Assembly (NCBI GenBank): GCA_028534125.1
Contig: CM052816.1
Coordinates: 13,456,001-13,520,000 of the forward strand
Origin: Lama glama
Lineage: Eukaryota
Length of the DNA stretch: 64,000 bases
Direction: 5' to 3'
The notes below the pieces were generated by a model that was given only the letters and a program-made list of their open reading frames with translations, did no database searches and was not told where the DNA came from. Shown here piece by piece: positions 27,360 through 39,623 of this stretch. Positions within the stretch are counted from its first letter, which is position 1; every line of letters starts with the position of its first letter. The translations under genes and the position numbers were made by a program.

Positions 27360-27550
27360 ATTAATTACCTTGTTTGGCCTTTACAATAACTCTATGAGAT
27401 GAGATCCATCACTGTCCCACACGAAGAAGCTAAGGCTCAGAAAACGCCAACATTTGTCCAGGGTCACATAGTGAATGAGTGGTAGGGCTGGAATTTGATG
27501 CCAGGCAGTCTGCAGTCTGACTGCAGAGGCAGGGCTGTTAAACGCTCTGG
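27360..27550 (-). mobile_element. MIR SINE
   Basis: gaagctaaggctcagaaa...ttgtccagggtcacatagtgaatgagtggtagggctggaatttgatgccaggcagtctg. Confidence 0.7.
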
Positions 27551-28534
27551 TACAACGCACTGTGCGTGTGTGGACACGCGTGAGACATAACACAGGGAGG
27601 AGCTCGCCTGCCTCTCTCTCACTTGCCTCTCTTCTGTTCCACACAAAAAGAGAACAGGGGTAAAAGGAGAACCAGATTATTTTTAAAAGGATGTTTTGAA
27701 AGCAAACAAGGCTATTAGGTTCATCTCTGCCCACCAACAGGATAAAATCCCTAAGCTTTTCTACTGGGAGAAAAGCAATCTGGGTCATGGGAGTTAGGGC
27801 CCCCTACGGAGCAGGCCAGGTTTCATTAACAAGAATTACACTTTTGCTGCTAAGCTGCCTAGTTTTTCTAAATTAGTCACAGTTGTTTAGAGACTAAAAC
27901 GAGGCCAGCTTGCATTCTCTTTGCCCTACATGGTCTCAGCTACTCGGTACGCTCACAGAAGGCATAGCCCTCCAGTCTAGGGATTAACAGATGAGCTACC
28001 CGGCCCTGGTCTGGCTGGTTCGGGCTCTGGACTCGAGCTGTATTTTTGGACCCAGTCCCCAGGCCCAGATGGGGAAGCACAACACTCACACATTAAAAGA
28101 CCTGCAGGGAAGCTGGCCCAGGGAACCCTTCTTCCTGGAAAATTACTTAACTAGTTCAAATTATGTAACAACCCATCCTACAGTCCAGTGTAATCAGCAT
28201 TTGTAAAGCATTTTACAGTTTTTAAAGTCCTTTCACATTCATTATCATTGATTGATTTCTTTTGAGGCTTATGTTCTCCGATCTAGAGAGAGATGCTGGA
28301 CGGAGCGTGAATAGAGGGGGTCTAAGACTTGCACGTGTGCGTGCCAACGTGATGTCACCGACGCAACGAATGCAACAGTTCCTGATGGCGGCAGTACTTC
28401 CTCCCATGGCTCCGCCTGTCACCTCGAGGCAAGCACTGTCCAAAAAAGGCAGGCCATGGAGAAGCTGCCTCAGGACTTTCTACCCAAGGACAGCAGTGCA
28501 TCGTGACGCGGCAAAGAGGCCAACACTGTATCAT

Positions 28535-29050
28535 TTATTTTTAACTGTCAAATAGTTTTGAGTGCCTATTATGTGCCAGGGACTGCTTTCAGTGCTAGGG
28601 ATGCAGCTATGAACAAAACAGACACCCTTCTCCCCAAATCCCCTGCTTTAAAAGGTTACATGTTTGTGTGGTCGTACAGACAACAAAGCAAACAAAATCT
28701 GTGGGGGAAAGGGAGAACTGGGGGACGGTTTGCAACTTCAGGCACAGTGGTGAGGGAAGGTGTCACTGAGAGGGAGGCAGGTGCTAACGACCTGAAGGAG
28801 AGAAGGAAGCAAGCCATGTGGGTCTCTGGGGCGAGAGCTCCCGGGGAACAAAGGGCAGACGCAGACACTTCAGGGAGGAACTCATGGGGCATGCTGGCAA
28901 TGCCAGTGAAAGCCAGCGAACCTGCTGCCGAGCGAGCAAGGCAGGAAGCATCAGAAGTCAGGTAACAGACTTGGGGGCGGCAAATCCCATAGGAGTGGAG
29001 AGGAGATGAAAAGCCATGAGAAAATTCTGATCAGAGGGATAACATAACAT
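28535..29050 (-). mobile_element. LINE-2 3' remnant
   Basis: ttgagtgcctattatgtgccagggactgctttcagtgctagggatgcagctatgaacaaaacagac followed by L2-type purine-rich sequence. Approximate. Confidence 0.7.
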
Positions 29051-30175
29051 TGGTTTACCCCTCTCTGTAGACTCAGAAAGGTAGCAACTGCTAAGACTTA
29101 CATGCCCAAGTTCCATCCATATAGAAGATGTAAGAACTTCACAAACGAGCATAAAACCCAGTGAGAGACTTCAAGGCACGTAAAAACTGGAATACAGCAC
29201 TTTTTATATTTATTTGAGCAGCTGAAATGTGTCCAGCACTGGGCCTTTGCACCTGTGTCTGTGTTAACGTGATAAGTCTCTGAAGTTGTCCCACACTTTC
29301 CCCTTCGTCAGTGTGCGAAGTCTTTCATGGACTCTTCTCCACTGGGAAGTCAGTGAAAGAACAAAATGAACTGGAGGTCGAGACAGTAACAGCCTCTAGA
29401 TGCTAGTTACCTGCTACCTAGCTAACAGTTTCCCCCCAGACAGCACCAATATTAAACATGCCATGCAGACATTTATAGAGCCCATTGAATTGAGCCATCT
29501 TAACAATCTTTCATTAATTAAAATAAAGGGATCCGTGTTACTAGTCCCATTTTACAGATGAAAGGTCAGGGGCAAAAGGAGCTACATCAAAGGGTAAGGG
29601 ACTGGCCCCTCACCATGTGGCTTAGCTCCAACAAGCACAGGGGCTTCCAGACCGAGCAGTCAGGGTTCCTCACATTCCATGAAATGCCAGCCTCATCTCT
29701 GGTTCTATGCAATGACCATAATACTTTCTGGAGGTAGAGTCAAGTTTCCAAATCCACAGATGAGACGATGAGGAATGTTACGGAGAGAGAGACTGACAGA
29801 CTGAGAGAGAGAAAGAGAGAAGCATGCACACGAGGGAGTAGGGACAGGCATGTGCCCTGCGTAATCTATCTCCCTTCCTGGAGAGTTTTTAAATAAGGGA
29901 AATAACTCATCTGACTGGCTTATTTTTGAAAAGGAGAGGACCTTCACCTCAAAAAGGAAACAGACAGAAAATTACACACCTTGCCACGAGTCTGAGACAA
30001 ACTGAGAGGCTTAGGTTGAAAAACTGGCTTTATTACAAGGGCCAATGTACGAAAATGACTAGAAAGTATAAACCTACATGTGCTAACAATGAACTTCAGA
30101 ATTATAGGCGATTAACAGAGAAAAGAATTATTTCCTGAAAAGTTCATGGCTCTTCCCCAGCCGACCTGGGTTGGT

Positions 30176-30275
30176 CCTCCTGCCTGGTTTTTATCTTGTT
30201 TTATTTCTTCTTGTCACTTTCACAGTCAGATAGTCTTACTGATGGATTTGTATATCTATCTTCCTAATTGGAACA
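30176..30275 (+). repeat. Left arm of a ~100-bp inverted duplication
   Basis: Reverse complement of 31925-32032, with 8 substitutions and one 8-bp indel by manual alignment. Confidence 0.93.
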
Positions 30276-30334
30276 TAAGAGCTGACACCCCTAGGGAAAG
30301 TTCTAGAGATCAATTAGTACTAACAGTGAAAGAG

Positions 30335-30848
30335 GAAAGATGTGATATGTTTATACAATGGAATATTACTTGGCCATTAAAAAGAACAAAATGCCATTTG
30401 CAGCAACATGGATGGATCTGGAGATCATCATTCTAAGTGAAGTAAGCCAGAAAGAGAAAGAAAATATCATATGATATTACTCACATGTGGAATCTAAAAA
30501 AAAAAAAAGAAAAAAAGAAAGAAAAGAGGAAAACAAGACACTAATGAATTTATCTACAAAACAGAAATAGACTCACAGACATAGTAAACAAACTTATAGT
30601 TATGGGGGGAAAGGAGATGGGAAGGGATAAATTGGGAGTTTGAGATCTGCAAATATTAACTACTATATATAAAATAGATAAAACCTGAATTTCTTTTGTA
30701 TAGCACAGGGAACTATATTCAATATCTTGTAGTAACCTATAAGGAAAAAGAGTATGAAAAGGAATATATGTATGTATATGTATGACTGAAACATTATGCT
30801 GTACACCAGAAACTGACACATTATAACCGAATATACTTCAATTAAAAA
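30335..30848 (+). mobile_element. 5'-truncated LINE-1 3' end (artiodactyl/camelid-type 3' UTR)
   Basis: End of ORF2 (acaatggaatattac...gccatttgcagcaacatggatggatctggagatcatcattctaagtgaagtaagccag), then 3' UTR with tatagcacagggaactatattcaatatcttgta, ending tatacttcaattaaaaa. Confidence 0.9.
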
Positions 30849-31924
30849 TTTTTTCTAACACCCACAAAGAACTATTTGAGCGGAACATCAACATTTTATA
30901 TAGGTTTATATGTCTGATGTTAAAGAATAAAATTCTTTAGAAAAGACAACATACGTTTTACAGCCCATAAAAATAGTAAAAAAAAAAAAAAAAAAACCAA
31001 ACCCGAGTGGACTGTACTTTATTGTCTCTCCACTTTTCAAGTTCTGTGCCAACATCTCCTTGCTGCACCTAAACTGTTATCTCCTCAAATTTCAAAGTCC
31101 AAGCAGTACAAGTCAGAAAAAGAGTGCAGACATAAACCCTTCTGTTACATTTATTGCCTTCATCACAAAAATAGATTCATCAGGGAATTATGCCAATAGA
31201 GTTCTTACTTCAACGCGTGCCAGGCAAAACTTGATTTATCCTCCTCCGAGGCAGCACAGAACTGGAAACTCATTGAATTCTGCTGCTTTGGGAACAAACT
31301 ATAAAACAAAGTGCAGTGTCGACAAACAGGAATGAAAGATCCAATGTGCGAAAACCAACATACCGTTAGGCAGAGAGGAGCAGACAGTGTCTGGAAACAG
31401 ACAAATGATTCCAGCAGTGGAGCTGAGACCTAGGCCCTATTCCCCTGTCATTCGGGCTCCTGGCGAGTGTCGTTCCCAAGTCCAAACCCAGTACTTCCCG
31501 ATGGGGAAGTCCATGTGTTTGATGACAAGCTTCTGGAATGCTCTCAACTGTGCGGGCGTCACAGCCTGGCACCTTAGCGGCTGTCACCATGCTTTGCTGG
31601 GCTCATCGGGAAGGGCAGGTGAAGAAAGACTTCAAGGACGCAGTGGCCCGCAAGTCCCAGGAGGAGAGCCATCAAGGGTACGTGTAAACCAACACAGATC
31701 AAACGACTTAACGAACATCAGTTCTTCTCAAGCAACTCCAAGCTCCCCGGTCTCCCCATCCTCCTGTCACGCCCTCGCTCTCGGCTCCCGCCGCCCTGGC
31801 CCCCTGCATGCTCCTGCAGGTCTGCTCACACCCGACTGTGACTGAACACCCACGAGATCCCACGCCCCCTTCCAGGCAAAGGACCCACCTAAGCAAGATC
31901 TCTGCTTTCAGCGTACTGGCACTG

Positions 31925-32032
31925 TGTTCCAATTAGGAAGATAGACATACAAATTCATCAGTAAGAATGTCTGACTGTGACAGTGGCAAGAAGAAATAAA
32001 ACAGGAGCATGTGATAGAAACCAGGCAGGAGG
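31925..32032 (-). repeat. Right arm of a ~100-bp inverted duplication
   Basis: Partner of 30176-30275. Also visible in the ORF track as near-identical peptides SCFISSCH.HSQ..LLM.LY.YLPNWN on opposite strands. Confidence 0.93.
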
Positions 32033-33299
32033 GCCTTTCGAAGGGGGAGACGTAGGAGCTGAGCCTGTTCATCAGAGTGCTGTCTAGAAGTCTACAGATG
32101 ACGAGGAGAGTACAGAGCACACGTGTGAACGCACAGGCCATGAAGGGGGCCTACCTTCAGCCACAAGCATCAGAGCCTGCCTGAGACCTCTTTAAAGGTT
32201 ATATTCCACAGCAGTCCACTTCCTTTTCCACAGGAATTCTGAAGCCTGTGTCAACAGCTGTTGAGTACAATAGGAAGCACCGTGATCCTTGCCACCCCTA
32301 TGGTTTCCCACACAATGATGAGAACACCCCGTGGCTTCTGGCTGCTCACCCCACCCTGTCCATCTCTGTGGCCGCAATCCAGTTCGGAAGTAGCTCCTCT
32401 TGAAAGCATGTCACTAGTAGATGTACGGCTCAGTCTTGCAAAGGAAAGGCCACATCCCAGAATTTACATACAAAGAGAGACCCACATCGCAATCCTGGTG
32501 ACAGCTGCCAGCATGTGGTTGGGCTACATAAAAAGCTAAGTAATTATTAAACAAGGGGAAACAAACAAAAGAGGAACCCTGTGGAAAGACTGTGTGTTTG
32601 GAAAACTCAAGGGGAGAAAGGAGCAAGGTTCAGGGAGTCCAGCTACTCTCTGGAAGGTTGGGATTCAGAGTGAGTTCACTAGGAAAATGTCCCCCCAAAA
32701 ATCACCTATATTCACACTCACCAAAACATGTCTTCTCTACGAATTGGTATTCAAGGATAAAAACTGGTGCTTAAAAAAAACAAATAGCAAGTGGCTTCCA
32801 GGAATAATGAGCACATCAATTCTAGGTTTGATGGTCTCAGAAAGCCTCAGTGCATCTGAGAGTTCTTCAGACTCCTGACCCATTGAAGACAGGACGGCTG
32901 CAGTTGCACTCCACGCATCAAATGAGAGCACACGGCCATGAGTCTGGGGTGTGAACCACAGTGCGCAGCCCAGCACACGCAGCATCTCTGGGCATGCAGA
33001 TCTATGTGACTCTCATGGTCTTGCGAAGCTATGACACCTGCCCCCCCCCACATACACCTGGGTGCACAATCCCTTAAACATATACACCCCCATGTATGAC
33101 TCTCCTGCCCCTAGCCCAGACACAGTGTGTTATTTATGAACTGAGATGCTTCTGTCTGCCTTCAGACAGAATCAGTAAATGCCATTAGATGTCAGTTTGG
33201 TCTTTAAGGTAATTTTTAAAAAGCTGCCCCTTATTCTTTCTCTTGGTGTTACCGTCAGGGGAAAAAAGTCTAAGACAAACGTCCTTCTCCCTCTCTTTT

Positions 33300-33925
33300 T
33301 GTTCTGTAAGTGAAAAGCATCCATTGTGAAATAACTGAAAAAGAAAATAAAAATCACCCATAATTCCACCAATGAGAAATAACTAAATTTTAACCATTTT
33401 TTAAAAAAGGTTTACACGTCATGTCCTATACACACACATACATGGACACACACACACGTATCTTAAAAAAACCTGGACACATACTGTATGCACGTAGTTT
33501 TCTAATCTGTTTTTACTGCTTTACTATGAATTTTTCATGTATCATCCATTGTCTTGTTCAACATAGCCGAGGTTGCATAGTATTCTACTGTACAGATACG
33601 GCATAATTTACCTAAGAAATCCCCTTTTACTGGACAGTCCAATTGTTTTCAATATTGGCACTTCTTTCTTTCTCTAGAATAAATTCAAAGGAATTGAATT
33701 TCTGGATGAAAGGGTAAAAATACTTTCAAACTGTCACCTAGGAGACCTGTGCCAATTTACACACCCACCTAGAATGTTTTAGCATGCCTGCTTCTCCAAG
33801 CCCTAAGGCATTATTATTTTGAAATATTTAATAGGCGGTAAATAATATTGTGCCTACCCCATTTTAAGTTGCATTTCTTTGATTAGTTACATTAAATCTT
33901 TTCCAAATGTTTATTTACTTATCCA
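33300..33925 (-). mobile_element. Ancient L1ME-like 3' remnant
   Basis: gcatagtattctactgtacagatacggcataattta..., gtgccaatttacacacccacc, attttaagttgcatttctttgattagt resemble antisense L1 ORF2-end motifs. Approximate. Confidence 0.6.
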
Positions 33926-34557
33926 GTGACTTTAATAAGGGTCCAGATTTAGCAATTAGTCTCCAACAAAGCAGACCAAAGGTATCAGGTAAACAGTAAG
34001 ACACACCAGGCAAGGTATGTCTTATTTCTATATTTTTTAAAATAAACACAGTTCTATATCTATTAAAATATCCTTACCTTTATAATTCCCCTATCTTTCA
34101 TGAAATTTCATGGCCGAGAAAAAAAACTGAGAGAGCAGATCCCTCTCTCTGAAGCTGGGCAAGGATGAATTTCCGTGCGTCTGCATTTGGTGGGAAAAGG
34201 TCTCCACCTCACGTGGTCCATAAACTCCACGAAGGTTAAGACCACACCAGGCTTGGTCATCAATGTATACTCAGTACCTGGCAGGACACGTGCTTAACAA
34301 ATATTCGCTAGCCATTTTCCAGGCTGGTGGCCAAGGGACTTGAAGGGACCCGAGTTTCAGAAGATCAGCCCCACTGATTTCAATATATCCCACCCATCGC
34401 AATGAGTACGAGGGCACATGAATGTCTGTGGCTGCCAAGGAGGCCAAGAAAGGCTCACCATTCCTCCCCGGTCTACTTTGCAGGAGGTTGTAAAGACAAA
34501 GCAAGAAAGAGAAGTAAAAAGGACTCAAAAACCATCCGGCGCTGTGCCAAGTGGGAT

Positions 34558-34581
34558 GAGGAGGAGGAGGAGGAGGAGGAG
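34558..34581. repeat. (GAG)n microsatellite
   Basis: Eight GAG units; explains the poly-E and poly-R runs in spurious ORFs. Confidence 0.9.
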
Positions 34582-36899
34582 GTGGCAGAGAACAAATTTA
34601 AGCAGAAGCCTCAGAGGGGCAGGATTGCTGAGCACATGCAGGGAATGCCCTCAGGGAAGCGGACCCCGCCAAGAAGTATGGCTTCCTGCTCCGGTGTTCT
34701 GGGAGCTGTGCACTGGGAATGTCTGCCCCCGGGGTCTGGGTGGACAATGTGAGAGGCGCAGAGTGTCAGCAGGCCAAGGGGTCTTAAAGACCAACTTTTA
34801 ATTGCAGGCCATGTCTGCTGGGCTCTTAGTGGTTATTCAACGGTTCTTCTTCAGAGATTCTTCTCTCTGTCCAGCGTTCTGCAGTTTCTCTAGAATGTGT
34901 ATTTGTGTGGACTTAGTTTTATTTCCCCTTTTGGAATCTGCTGTGACTACTGAATCTGATGTTTCCGATCTTTCAACTTAAGGTCGAGCAGGAAGTCAGC
35001 AATTAGCAGAACTAAGTACTGTTGTGTAAGCTTTCACAGGATCAGCATTCTGAGTTAGGAGAGGAAAAAAAAATTCCCTATGATAAGAACTTACTCTAGG
35101 AAAGAATAATAAAAAAAAAAGTGCACACAGTTTCTGCATGCGTGGGGGCCAACAAAGAGGTCTTTGGTGACGGTGAGCCTCTGAATACAAGTGAGGTGGC
35201 ATTTCTAGGAAGACCTGACAGGAAAGATGCACACTCTGGTGATTCCTGATCAAGCTGGCTGGAGTTTACCAGGAGGGAGCCCCAGGCCTGGGAAGCAGGG
35301 AGAGGGGAGGAGAGGGCGGATGATGGCTTGCAGGGGCTGGAAAGGACCATGCCTGCACCGAGCGCAGAGTAGTCCACCCACCCAGGCACCTCCTGGATGG
35401 GGTCTCCGTTATGGACAGAGAGGGGCTGAAAGGCCCATGCCCTTGACTCTTGCTTCTGCTGTCTCGCAGGGCGCTGTGCAGCTCAAAAGCATAAGTACCA
35501 CCAAACTAGCCAGGCACATATATATAACATACAGTCTCAATTCATCACTAGAAGCAAGCCTGCTACTTCTAGCTCCTGCTGGGGAAAGGCCACTGCTGCT
35601 CTCGGTTATTGTCCCACACCCTCCAGCGCCCTCCCGGAAACTAGAACCTGTTGTCATGGCAGCTGCTTCGCACCCTCTCAGGAAGGGCATGCTCCACGCC
35701 ATTATGTCTCGTGACTATGTCCCCTCTCACTTCTGTCTGCCTTGTCTGGTTAAATTCTCGATAGCACACACAGCAGAAATTGAAATGGGGGCATTTCAAT
35801 GACAGCAACAACAACAACAAAATGAATAATCCACTTTGCACACGGAGGGGTGGGTGGAAACAACTGTGAGTGTGTGTTTGAATTAGGAAGAGAGAAAAAA
35901 AAAGGGGAAAGTAATTAAAGACATTCTCAGAAAACATCAGCTCTGACACATACCAAAGTCCTGTCTGGTTAAATGCTGAGGAAAAGAGAGGAAGAAAAAT
36001 CAGTGATGGCGATGATTGATGAGACAGAGTCCCCCGAAAGGCTGGGAGAACAATGCCGTTTTGTCCACAGAAGCCAAAGGAAGGAGTGAGAACTGACTGG
36101 AGGTCCAGCCAAAGAGACATTTAAGGACTAGCCCCCTGGAGAAACCAAAGGTAGTGTGTAAGCCACAATTCTACATCCTGGGACTTGCTGGTACCCAGCA
36201 TGAAATGCGAGATGAAAAATAATGGGAAAGCAATGAGGAATGTTATACCATGATGGGAGCAAATTTCTGTATTGTTCTTATCTCTAAAAAGGCACCCCTC
36301 CTGCCAGCTCTCATTCTCATCTTCTCATAACTCTGTTGTGATGGTCCATGAGTGAGACGTCCTGGCATGTGAGTCACCCCCAGGGATGCTTCGCAAGTGA
36401 CAGAAAGCTTCAAGCCCTCTATCTGAGTCCGGAAAATGGAGACAGGTGTACTAATTCACACGCAGAAAGGAGAAGCAAGGGAGAAGCTGAGGAAAGTCAC
36501 AGGGATTTCATTTGCTGCTCAAAAGCCAGGGGAGTTTCTAAGGTGACTGCCAAGCAGCGACTACCCTGGTTTGACACTCAGAATATCTAAAACTGGAAGG
36601 AAGAAGGCTAACCACCCCCACCCAAATTCAGACCACTGCAGACCACTGGGGGTGATTAAGCCTAAAAATAGAGGTGATAATAAGTAGAACAAAATGTTCA
36701 GCTATAAAATGCCACACCTAGTGGGTATCAGTCTAAAACTGCTTTTACAACAGAGAAGTTCAAGGAGAAGAAAGTCTACATCACTGAACTCGCCACTGTC
36801 GTATCAGGACCTACAGAGCCAAAGGCAAGGCTAGCGACAGGAAGTTCCCTCACTGCTTCCTAATGCCGTGAGGGCCATGGCTGTCCGGCTCTTCTTTCT

Positions 36900-37560
36900 T
36901 ATTCAAGAGTTCTTTTTATGGATTTTTTTTCTTTGTCTAGAGTGTTCTGCAGCTTCCCCAAGATGTATATTTGTGTGGACTTAGTTTTGTGCCTCAGTTT
37001 GGAAGTTGGTGTATTTCCTGGATCTGATGTTTCATGTCTCTCAGTTTAAGAAAATTCTCAGCCGCAATTTCTTTAAATATTACCTCTTCCCATTCTGTGC
37101 AGTCTTCTTTCTAGCACAGCCTATAGACACGTCTCATTGTGTCTTCCCCCGTATCTTCAAATATTCACTACTTCATTATTTCTCTGGACTGCATTCTGGC
37201 AGTATTCTAACCTCTGTATTCCTATTCATTAAGTCTCTCATCAGCTTTGTTAAATCTGTTACTTACTTCGAGTTTTTAATTTTAATGGTTATTTTTTATC
37301 TCTGTAAGTTTTATTTGGTTCTTCCAACTCTGCCTGTCCTTTTGGGTTTAACCCTTTCTTTACGTTTTTCATTATTTTAAATGCATTTTATTTTATGGTC
37401 TCTGTAGGACTTTTCTGTTAGTTTTATTATTTGACGTTCATGAATTTTGATATTCCACTGACTCTAATTGATAGTGGGTTGTTTCCTCCAGTGTTTATGA
37501 GTTTGAACTTATCTGCAGAGGAGCTTTATTTACGGAAATCTTAGGTACCCTTGGTTGAGC
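36900..37560 (-). mobile_element. Ancient L1M/HAL1-like ORF1-region remnant
   Basis: T-rich tract with motifs typical of antisense old L1 ORF1 (gaaaattctcagccgcaatttctttaaatatt). Boundaries approximate. Confidence 0.55.
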
Positions 37561-39623
37561 ACATATTCTTTAGCCACTCTTCAGAACATCACTGAATGGT
37601 AGCGGTAGAATAAATTTGAATGTGGCTACAAATTTCCATAAAGATCTCAGGCTGAGAAGGAAAAATAAGTTCCCTATTGTATCCCTGTGCTGGAAAGCAG
37701 ATTTTTAAAAAATCTGGTTCACATTTTCAATGAGAGTGAAACCTGTCACAGATCCCTGATTATGGCAGGGGTCTCAGTTCTGACTCCTTCCTCCCTCAAG
37801 TGGTCCCCAGGTCCTATCTCCATTCTTACATGATTTTAAAACCCTGCTTAATTGACACTGATACTTGATATTCCTCTACCGCCCAAACCTTCCCCTACCT
37901 GCCTAGGACAGCTACACTGTCTGCAGGTCCTTATTAATTAAGTGTCTGGGGAAATGTAGCTTGTTTGACTTGCTACTTACTACCAACGAGGACTCATTCT
38001 CTGGAAAGACAGATTTCAACTTGAGTTAACATTGATAAGCTTGCAAACTGTTTTTGTCTGGGAGAGATGCAAATAATTTCTGTCCAGCAGACAAGATAAT
38101 CTCAAAAGTTAAGGTTTTACTGCCCTACAGAACGTTAACCAGTTTTGACTCTAGCTTAGTGATCTTATTTTTCAGTGTTCTTTCTTTCACTGACTATCTA
38201 AATAAGTCTCTCTATTCTCCTTTGAGATAGCTATATATTTCTACTGGTAGCCTCATAATCTCTGACATGAGCTCATTCTATACTTTTACAAAAGTCTTAT
38301 GTAAAATTTTTTTTGGAAAATTATACATTAACTCTCTATTTACTGAGAATCTATCAAGTGTAAAGCAATGTGTTAACTTCTTTATACATGCTATACTATT
38401 AAAGTCAATTTCCATGAGGGAGGCATTATTATTCCAATTTGACAAGTGAGGCCCAGAGACATTGAGTAACCTGTTCAAGGTCACCAAGCCAAGAAGGAAC
38501 TGAGCCATGATTCAAATCCAATCCTCATGTTCCTTTTTCTTCATAATATTAGTATTAGCTGAATTAATTAATATAATGTTAATTATATCAATTAATCAAG
38601 CAATTATAGATTATTATAACTAATTATTAATGAATTGATTAACAACATAATATTAGCTGAACATTATTTTCCTATAACATCTACCCATTGGTGTTATTAC
38701 TGAAAGGAGTTGTTCCTTACCTTCTATAGACAAGATGGAGCAGCTAATGTATATTAAAATCACACTAGTGTTTGAAGGTAGATAATTAAATCTGTTGTTT
38801 CACACACACTCAACTAAACCTCCTACTGATTATTCCCATCAACTGCCTTTTGTTAAACTTGAACTCATCATTAAAAGCAAAGTAATTATTTTTTAAAAAT
38901 AATAAAATTTTTAAATGAAAATCACCTTATGATATCATCAAAATCAGATTGGAAATTGTATGCTCAGAAGAAAGTGACACTGAAAAAAGCAACAGGTATG
39001 CTATCCAGTGCAAAGGTCAGGGAAGCTTATATGCTTTGAACCCTAACGTTAATACTCACGGTCAAATATACCAAGAACATTTCTAGAACAAGAAGAGTTT
39101 AAAGGGAACTTAAAATGAGAATTCAAAGCTTTGAACATCAAATTATTTAATTAGACTGATTCTCAAATTAAATAATACTGAGAAACAGCTGTAAAGGAAC
39201 AGCTCTTCTCAACACTAAAAAATGTATAGAATTCTGAGAGGTTAGGAGCCCGAGTTTGAGCTACAGTTTTTAAAAAATTGAAGTTCTGCAAAAATTGGTT
39301 TTAAAAAAATCTCGATTTTGATAATCTATAAAAAAAAAAAGTCCCACTGATACTGTCATCAAAGCAGATACACTGGAGATAGCTGAGTCAAAAACACTAG
39401 ATATTAATAGGCAACATAGAATTTTCAAGTTCATTCTGCTTTGTTACACTTTGTCAAATTCTCAGGTACTACACCTCTATAGAATCAAGTAAATTTGCTT
39501 TAATATACTCCGGGATATTTCTTCTAATTCTTACCTTGTAGTCAGGAATACTCCTGGTTAGGAAGTGACTGGAATGAGTGCATTTATTAGAAGGCTGTTT
39601 TGTGATTTTTATTATAGCTAGGA

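Noticed and set aside
30146..32141. Two similar peptides on opposite strands suggesting a small gene family
   Set aside because: Fully explained by the non-coding inverted DNA duplication; similarity ends at the arm boundaries.
35227..35802. Longest ORF in the track (191 aa), and similar 130-170 aa ORFs at 2374, 4147, 7420, 23076, 31387, 35641 and 46253
   Set aside because: No recognisable domain, starts are often non-ATG, and there is no supporting splice or promoter structure. Such lengths are expected by chance. The 4147 ORF is merely antisense to the real exon.
38700..39560. Strong minus-strand donor-like sites (AAG|GTAAGG near 38720, AAG|GTAAGA near 39534)
   Set aside because: No convincing acceptor at exon-like distance and no GRAF1-like peptide. 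Isolated donors are common in long introns.
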